This document shows positions 57,842-63,652 of a stretch of 63,652 bases of DNA, piece after piece (position 1 is the stretch's first letter; each line of letters opens with the position of its first letter). Under the pieces are notes generated by a model. The model searched no databases and had not been told where the DNA came from. It was given only the letters and a program-made list of their open reading frames with translations. A program made the position numbers and the translations under genes. Source of the DNA: Bacteroidota bacterium (GTDB taxonomy: Bacteria > Bacteroidota > Ignavibacteria > UBA10030 > UBA8401); NCBI GenBank assembly GCA_049317705.1, contig JBMOHT010000004.1:1-63652 (forward strand). The letters run 5' to 3'.

Positions 57842-59209
57842 ATGACGACAAACGAACCCTCAATACAACCGAAGAAATCACGCAGAGAACTCCTCAATGA
57901 AGTGGAACCTCAGTTCGAGCGTTTCATTGAGAGCCGCGAACAATACATCCGTATCCTCGAATCGACCATCAATTCCGTACTGCAGGGCGGCAAGAAGAAT
58001 ACTGATGAAGCATCGTCAGTGGATGAACTGGTCGTGATGCAGCGTCTTTCCAACAGTATCGGCACCGCCGTCGAACCGAATGCCATCATCACCACACTCA
58101 TCGAACTGACACAGCAGGTGATCCCCGTGAACGAAGCGGGTATCTTCCTGTTCGACGCAAGCGCGAAACGCCTGCTGCCGCTCACTGCACACGGTTCACA
58201 GAAGCTGGTGGACGAAGCGCAGCAGCAGCTCGAATCGGGCATCGTCGACTGGCTCTTCGCCGAGAAGAAAACGGTCGTCATTCCCGACCTTTCAAAATTG
58301 ATCGAGGACGGTTCCTCGCGGAATTACGTCCTCGTACCGCTCATCCTCCGCCGTCAGGGCATCGGAATCTTCCTGATCCAGACCGCAAAGAAGCAGGAAG
58401 AATTCTCCCATCAGGATGTGCAGCTCCTTTCGGTGCTCGCCAATCAGGCAGCGGTCGGTATCGAGAACTGGAGAGTGAACGCGCAATTGGTGAAAGCGAA
58501 CAATGAACTGAAAATGTTCCAGGCGCAGATGCTCCAGGCCGCGAAACTCGCCGCCGTGGGTGAACTGGCCGCCAGCATCGTGCACGAGATCAAGAATCCG
58601 GTACAGATCCTGGTGATGCAGATGAATCTGGTCATGTCCGATCGTCTGCAGGGGGATTGGAAAGGGATGCTCGACACGCAGATCAAACGTCTGTCGGATA
58701 TCACGCGCCGTCTGATGAATTTCTCCCATTCCGTCGGCGAAGAATATGAATATGAACCGGTCGATCTGAACCGCGAATTGAAATTCATTGCGGACATCAT
58801 CGCACACGATTATAAGAACAACAACATCGCCGTCCAGTTCCATCTGTCGGATCATCTTCCCACGATCGCGGGAAGCGTGAACCATCTTCAGCAGGTGTTC
58901 CTGAACATGCTCATCAATGCGCGCGATGCCATGCCGAAAGGCGGAACGATGACGATCACGACCGAAGTGAAGAACTTCCGTGCCGTCATCAGTTTCTCGG
59001 ATACCGGAACAGGGATCACGATGGAGAACATGTCCAAACTCTTCACGCCGTTCTTCACCACGAAGGAAGCGGGAAAAGGGACAGGACTCGGACTCTCCAT
59101 CTGCAACAAGATCGTCACCAATCACAAAGGCGAGATCAAAGCGGAAAGCGAAGAAGGAAAAGGGACCACCTTCATCATTTCACTTCCGATCAAGAGAGAG
59201 GTAAAGTAA
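57842..59209 (+). CDS. Cytoplasmic GAF-domain histidine kinase (no adjacent response regulator)
   Basis: No TM. GAF-like segment (VNEAGIFLFD...VLVPLI). H box ELAASIVHEIKNP, N box NMLINARDAM, G1 DTGTGI, G2 GTGLGLSI. Confidence 0.88.
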   Translation: MTTNEPSIQPKKSRRELLNEVEPQFERFIESREQYIRILESTINSVLQGGKKNTDEASSVDELVVMQRLSNSIGTAVEPNAIITTLIELTQQVIPVNEAGIFLFDASAKRLLPLTAHGSQKLVDEAQQQLESGIVDWLFAEKKTVVIPDLSKLIEDGSSRNYVLVPLILRRQGIGIFLIQTAKKQEEFSHQDVQLLSVLANQAAVGIENWRVNAQLVKANNELKMFQAQMLQAAKLAAVGELAASIVHEIKNPVQILVMQMNLVMSDRLQGDWKGMLDTQIKRLSDITRRLMNFSHSVGEEYEYEPVDLNRELKFIADIIAHDYKNNNIAVQFHLSDHLPTIAGSVNHLQQVFLNMLINARDAMPKGGTMTITTEVKNFRAVISFSDTGTGITMENMSKLFTPFFTTKEAGKGTGLGLSICNKIVTNHKGEIKAESEEGKGTTFIISLPIKREVK

Positions 59210-59211
59210 GT

Positions 59212-60297
59212 ATGACACGGATGATGAACATTCTCATGCTTGTGCTCATCGGTATCGGCACACTCCTTGCCGGTTCGAAACGCTCACACGGTGCACAGCC
59301 CATCGACTACGTCGTTACGACCAAAGCAAGCGTCATGACCATCGCATTGAACGGCGATGTTTCATGGAGTGAATCGGTCAGCGGAAATTCATTCACCGTT
59401 ACCGTTGCCGGCGAGGCGAAGGATTTCATCGTGAAACGGATGAATTACAATTTCCGTGACGGTGCCGTGAAAACATTTTCAATGGTTCCGGTCCATCCCG
59501 ATACGGAACGGATCGTCATCACACTGCGCAAGGACCAGGCGTATAGGATCTATCAGAGTCCTACCTCCGGCCGCCTGAACATCGAATTCTTCTCCGGTTC
59601 CGCTATAGCGGCATCAGAGAACAAACCGGCTGCGGCGGTCGCTCCTATTGCGATGGTGAAACAGAAACATCGTGTCACAGAAAAGCCTGTTAAATCAGCA
59701 TCGAAATCAGCTCCAATCGATATCGCAAAGATCGTGAAAGAACAGACCGTGAATGCACCGGAGCCGAAACGGAACGTTGCAGCAGTGACTTCAGGATCGA
59801 AACAAAATGAAGAATCGATTCCGCAGAATACAGCATCGATGAGTGCCGTCAATTCTTCGGCGATCCTTCTGTTGTTCGCTTCCATGTTCATCATCACCGG
59901 CGGCGGTGTTGCGCTTGGGTATGTGTTGATCAAACGGAAAAATGTCACCGTCCCGGTCGCAGCAGCAGCTCCGGTTTCCATCCCCGCTCCTGCCGTCATC
60001 GCTCTCCCGACGGAACGTGCATCGGCGGAGAAGGAAAAAGAAGAAGAGGAATTCCGTCAGGCGATCGAATATGCGGAACAGTATCTCCGTTCGCAGGGTG
60101 AATACGAACTTCAGCAGCGTCTTGAAAAATTGAACAGCAGTTCCATGCAGAAGAAACTTGAACGCGCTTCATCGGCTCCCGGAAAGAATGTGAATACGGC
60201 AGCAGCGGCCGAAAAACTCGGCATCAGTGTCGGCGAAGTGGAACTTGCTTCCCGCCTGCAGAGATTACAGGACCACCATATGACGGAGAACGTATGA
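59212..60297 (+). CDS. Hypothetical bitopic membrane protein (AMIN-like N-domain?, Ala/Pro linker, TM, charged C-tail)
   Basis: Signal/anchor MNILMLVLIGIGTLLAG, a beta-rich 100-aa domain, an internal TM (AILLLFASMFIITGGGVALGYVLI) and a coiled-coil C-terminus. ATGA overlap with flgF. Confidence 0.5.
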   Translation: MTRMMNILMLVLIGIGTLLAGSKRSHGAQPIDYVVTTKASVMTIALNGDVSWSESVSGNSFTVTVAGEAKDFIVKRMNYNFRDGAVKTFSMVPVHPDTERIVITLRKDQAYRIYQSPTSGRLNIEFFSGSAIAASENKPAAAVAPIAMVKQKHRVTEKPVKSASKSAPIDIAKIVKEQTVNAPEPKRNVAAVTSGSKQNEESIPQNTASMSAVNSSAILLLFASMFIITGGGVALGYVLIKRKNVTVPVAAAAPVSIPAPAVIALPTERASAEKEKEEEEFRQAIEYAEQYLRSQGEYELQQRLEKLNSSSMQKKLERASSAPGKNVNTAAAAEKLGISVGEVELASRLQRLQDHHMTENV

Positions 60298-61037
60298 TCA
60301 AAGGGATCTACTCCTCAGGATCGGGCATGCAGCCCCGCTTGATGCGTTTGGATGTTATCGCGAACAATGTGGCGAATGCGGATACGACCGGCTACAAGAA
60401 GGACAGCATCTTCGTTCAGATCATGAAGGATGCCGGCGTCGCACAATCCACCGGTGCCGGTGAACTGGCCGGACTCGATGTAAAAGAATTCACGGATTTT
60501 GCCGAGGGTTCGCTTCGTCCCACGAACGCACCGCTCGATATGGCGATCCAGGGTGAAGGATTCTTCGTCCTCGATTCACCGGACGGACCGCGATACACAC
60601 GCAACGGAAATTTCCGCATCGACGATAACGGCGATGTCATCAGTTCCGGCGGCGAACATCTCATGGGAACCGGCGGCAGGATCACGATCCCGGGAGCGGA
60701 AAAGATGCAGCAGAACGATCTCACCATCACCAAAGGGGGAGAGATCTTCATGGGACAAACGATGCTCGGAAAGATCCGTCTCGTCACCTTCAGCAACATG
60801 CAGAATCTGCTGAAGACCGCAGGGACGATGTTCAAATCAGAGGATTCACCGAAGGATGTTTCCGTCTCCGACGAGAAGACGACCATCCGACAGGGATATC
60901 TCGAAGAATCGAATGTAGAAGCATTGACGGAGATGGTGCAGTTGGTGGAATTGTCACGCGGCTTTGAGACCGATCAGCGCACCATGCGCTATCAGGATTC
61001 AACGCTCGAAAAAGCGATGGAAGTAGGACGAGTCTAA
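60294..61037 (+). CDS. flgF: Flagellar basal-body rod protein FlgF
   Basis: GIYSSGSGMQPRLMRLDVIANNVANADTTGYKKD...GYLEESNVEALTEMVQLVELSRGFE. Confidence 0.88.
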   Translation: MIKGIYSSGSGMQPRLMRLDVIANNVANADTTGYKKDSIFVQIMKDAGVAQSTGAGELAGLDVKEFTDFAEGSLRPTNAPLDMAIQGEGFFVLDSPDGPRYTRNGNFRIDDNGDVISSGGEHLMGTGGRITIPGAEKMQQNDLTITKGGEIFMGQTMLGKIRLVTFSNMQNLLKTAGTMFKSEDSPKDVSVSDEKTTIRQGYLEESNVEALTEMVQLVELSRGFETDQRTMRYQDSTLEKAMEVGRV

Positions 61038-61057
61038 ACCAAGAAAGAAGGGATTCC

Positions 61058-61849
61058 ATGAACAGAGCATTACGCACCGCCGCCACAGGAATGTTCGCAC
61101 AACAGGTGAACATCGATCTTATCTCCAACAATCTGGCGAACGTCAACACAACAGGTTTTAAGAAGAGCCGTCCTGAATTCCAGGATCTGATGTATCAGAC
61201 CATCAAAACGAACGGCATTGCAGAGGACGGAAAGACGACCGAAGTTGCCGAGATCCAGATCGGAAATGGCGCTGTGCCGATCGCTACCACGAAGAATTTC
61301 CGTCAGGGCGATATGACACCCACCAGCAACCCGCTCGATATCGCGATCCAGGGAGAAGGATTCTTCCAGATCCGCCGGTCGGACGGCACCACGGCATATA
61401 CACGCGACGGTTCATTGAAGATCTCTGCGGACGGTCAGCTCGTAACATCGCAGGGATACACGGTTGAACCCGGCATCACTTTCTCGTCATCGACCGCAGA
61501 AATATCCGTTTCACGGGACGGCACGATCGAAGTGATGGAAGCGGGACAGACGTCGCAGTTCAAACTGGGGCAGCTCGAGCTGGCGAAGTTCATCAATCCT
61601 GCCGGACTGCACGCCATCGGAAGCAATCTGTTCCTCGAGACCGGTTCGTCCGGACAGCCCATCATCGGTTCACCCGGCAGCGAAGGATTCGGAGAACTTT
61701 CACAGGGTTCACTTGAATCTTCGAACGTGGACGTTGTTGAAGAGATGATCAGCATGATCGTTGCCCAGCGCGCATACGAGATCAATTCCAAGACCATCAA
61801 AACCGTTGAAGAAATGCTCGGAATGGCAAATAATCTGAAACAAGGATAA
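61058..61849 (+). CDS. flgG: Flagellar distal rod protein FlgG
   Basis: MNRALRTAATGMFAQQVNIDLISNNLANVNTTGFKKSR...SLESSNVDVVEEMISMIVAQRAYEINSK. Confidence 0.95.
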   Translation: MNRALRTAATGMFAQQVNIDLISNNLANVNTTGFKKSRPEFQDLMYQTIKTNGIAEDGKTTEVAEIQIGNGAVPIATTKNFRQGDMTPTSNPLDIAIQGEGFFQIRRSDGTTAYTRDGSLKISADGQLVTSQGYTVEPGITFSSSTAEISVSRDGTIEVMEAGQTSQFKLGQLELAKFINPAGLHAIGSNLFLETGSSGQPIIGSPGSEGFGELSQGSLESSNVDVVEEMISMIVAQRAYEINSKTIKTVEEMLGMANNLKQG

Positions 61850-61853
61850 TAGG

Positions 61854-62537
61854 ATGACCTGGCTCGTTCTCATGATGATGCTTCTCGGCGGTGACCGTTC
61901 GGTGCTGAAATCCTCGGATTTTCAGCAGGTGATCGATCAATACCTGAAAGAGAATCTTCATACCGAAGGTGTCGAAACGGAATACAGTTTCCGCTCGCTG
62001 CCGAATGAGATCGTGCTGCCGAAAGGCGAATACTCCATCCGCGTTGCGCAGACGCAGCCGCTGGTAAAAAAAGGATATTCAGGGATTCCGGTGGAGATCG
62101 TGAACAGCGGTAAAGTAGAGCGTGTTATTCTTTGCTCCGTGTTCATCCGCACGTTCGAGAATGTCTTCGTGATCATTCGTCCCTTCGAAAAGAATGAGGA
62201 GATCGATGCTTCCTTCCTTGCCGTGAGCAGGGTCGAGACAACAACAATGAATGATGCGGTGACTGCAATGATGCCGGTCGCCGGTCTTCGCACGAAGAGG
62301 ATGGTGAAAGAGAATACCATCCTGCAGCGTTCGTTCATCGAAGAGATCCCCGCCGTGAAACGCGATCAGCCGGTGAGCATCCTGGTGAAAGCGGAGAATC
62401 TTACCATCGGTTCCGCCGGTATCGCAAAAGAGGATGGATTGATCGGCGAAGAGATCCTCGTGCAGCGAGCAGGGACAAGAGAGACCGTCCGTGCAAAGAT
62501 CGTCGGACAGTCGATCGTAGAAATTGAAGTCAAGTGA
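61854..62537 (+). CDS. flgA: Flagellar P-ring assembly chaperone FlgA
   Basis: C-terminal SAF-like VKRDQPVSILVKAENLTIGSAGIAKEDGLIGEEILVQRAGTRETVRAKIVG. Position before flgH. Confidence 0.8.
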   Translation: MTWLVLMMMLLGGDRSVLKSSDFQQVIDQYLKENLHTEGVETEYSFRSLPNEIVLPKGEYSIRVAQTQPLVKKGYSGIPVEIVNSGKVERVILCSVFIRTFENVFVIIRPFEKNEEIDASFLAVSRVETTTMNDAVTAMMPVAGLRTKRMVKENTILQRSFIEEIPAVKRDQPVSILVKAENLTIGSAGIAKEDGLIGEEILVQRAGTRETVRAKIVGQSIVEIEVK

Positions 62538-62548
62538 GTGAGGGAATT

Positions 62549-63184
62549 ATGAAACGAACAACTTCCAATGTGAAGTCTCTGTCATTCCGAGTCCCGATGC
62601 TTTTTAGAGGGACGAGGAATCTGATCGTTATCGCAACAGTGTTGATCAGCGGTGCAATGAGTGCACAGGACCTCCGCCAGAATTATAACCGCTCGCTCTT
62701 CTCCGACCAGAAAGCGAACCAGATCGGCGACGGCGTGACCATTCTCGTCGTGGAATCATCCAGCGCATCGAATGATTCCCGTACGTCAACATCGCGTGGA
62801 AGCGATCTGTCACTCGCATCCTCCGCAAAGAACGGCGCAACATCATTGCTCGATGTCGGCGCCTCCATCGGTACTGGAAATTCATTCAAAGGGGAAGGAG
62901 CTACCGAAACGAAAGGTTCCGTCCGCGCGAAGATCTCCGCCCGCGTCGATTCCATCTATCTGAACGGGAATCTCTGGATCAGCGGCAGCCGCACCATCAC
63001 CATCAACGGCGAAGAGCAGGTGATCAAGATCTCCGGACTTGTTCGTCCGTCCGATATCCAGTCCGACAACAGTATCTACTCATTCAACATCTCCGATGCC
63101 GCCATCGTCTTTCAGGGGAAAGGCCTCAGCGCGGACAATCAGGAACCGGGCTGGCTCACGAAATTCTTCCATTGGTTATTCTGA
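62549..63184 (+). CDS. flgH: Flagellar L-ring protein FlgH (alternative start 62597)
   Basis: SLFSDQKANQIGDGVTILVVESSSASNDSRTS...ISARVDSIYLNGNLWISGSRTITINGEEQVIKISGLVRPSDI. Confidence 0.9.
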   Translation: MKRTTSNVKSLSFRVPMLFRGTRNLIVIATVLISGAMSAQDLRQNYNRSLFSDQKANQIGDGVTILVVESSSASNDSRTSTSRGSDLSLASSAKNGATSLLDVGASIGTGNSFKGEGATETKGSVRAKISARVDSIYLNGNLWISGSRTITINGEEQVIKISGLVRPSDIQSDNSIYSFNISDAAIVFQGKGLSADNQEPGWLTKFFHWLF

Positions 63185-63186
63185 TC

Positions 63187-63652
63187 ATGAAAACAATCAT
63201 TCTTACACTCGCTCTTGTTGTCAGCGTCGCAATGTCCGCATCGCGGATAAAAGACCTTGCGTACGTTCAGGGAATGCGCGGCGAACAGGTGATCGGTTAC
63301 GGTCTTGTGGTCGGACTCAACGGTACCGGCGACAGTCAGCGTTCCACCTTCACCGTTCAGTCGGTCTCCAGTATGTTGAAACGGTTCGGCATTACCGTAC
63401 CGCAGGATGAACTGCGGCTCCGGAACGTTGCCGCGGTCATCGTCACGGCGACCATTCCCGCCTTCACGAAAGAAGGAGGCATCGTTGATGTCACCGTCTC
63501 TTCGTTGGGTGATGCAACAGGTCTTCAGGGTGGCACGCTGCTCGTTACTCCGCTCTCAGGATTGAACGGTGCCATCTACGCTTCAGCGCAGGGTCCCGTC
63601 TCCGTCGGCGGAATGAACGTCCGTTCCAACGGCAGCGAGGTCCGCCGCAATC
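63187..63652 (+). CDS. flgI: Flagellar P-ring protein FlgI (5-prime partial, runs off the window)
   Basis: My own translation from ATG 63187: MKTIILTLALVVSVAMSASRIKDLAYVQGMRGEQVIGYGLVVGLNGTGDSQRSTFTVQSVSSMLKRFGI...VAAVIVTATIPAF...DVTVSSLGDATGLQGGTLLVTPL. This frame is not in the ORF track because no stop is reached. Confidence 0.92.
   Translation, partial: MKTIILTLALVVSVAMSASRIKDLAYVQGMRGEQVIGYGLVVGLNGTGDSQRSTFTVQSVSSMLKRFGITVPQDELRLRNVAAVIVTATIPAFTKEGGIVDVTVSSLGDATGLQGGTLLVTPLSGLNGAIYASAQGPVSVGGMNVRSNGSEVRRN

Noticed and set aside
63039-63410. ORF 63039-63410 (+), 123 aa, spanning the flgH/flgI junction
   Set aside because: It is in a different frame from both flgH and the clearly recognisable FlgI N-terminus. 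Its product is Arg/Ser-rich and low-complexity.

Overview
This window is a 63.6-kb motility and chemotaxis supercluster from a diderm bacterium (L-ring flgH, P-ring flgI and two outer-membrane porins are present). Every gene I can support lies on the + strand. All family calls come from motif recognition by eye; no searches were run. The layout has three parts. (1) About 0.4-26 kb: cheW followed by nine methyl-accepting chemotaxis protein (MCP) paralogs. Their signalling domains are near-identical and their sensor modules differ. Interleaved with them are free-standing sensor proteins (two bacteriohemerythrins, two Aer-type PAS proteins, one periplasmic protein), an extra CheB and two porins. 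(2) About 26.2-33.9 kb: a che signalling operon with a small Cys/His protein, a response regulator, a HEAT-repeat protein, CheR, two CheY-like proteins, a CheZ-like protein, CheA and CheB. (3) About 34-63.6 kb: a Bacillus/spirochaete-style fla operon running flgBC-fliEFGHIJ-fliK-flgDE-fliLMNOPQR-flhBAFG-fliA, then an HDOD protein, a GAF histidine kinase and a membrane protein, then flgFGAH and the start of flgI. Several lineage-specific ORFs are inserted in it. Three near-identical sigma-54-type promoters (TGGCAT-N5-TTGCW) precede cheW, flgB and fliL. A family of structured MITE/REP-like elements sits directly after stop codons. The most unusual content is the 11-25 kb oxygen/redox/metal-sensing receptor island built from split sensor modules, and a conserved non-canonical C-terminal tail on the MCPs.
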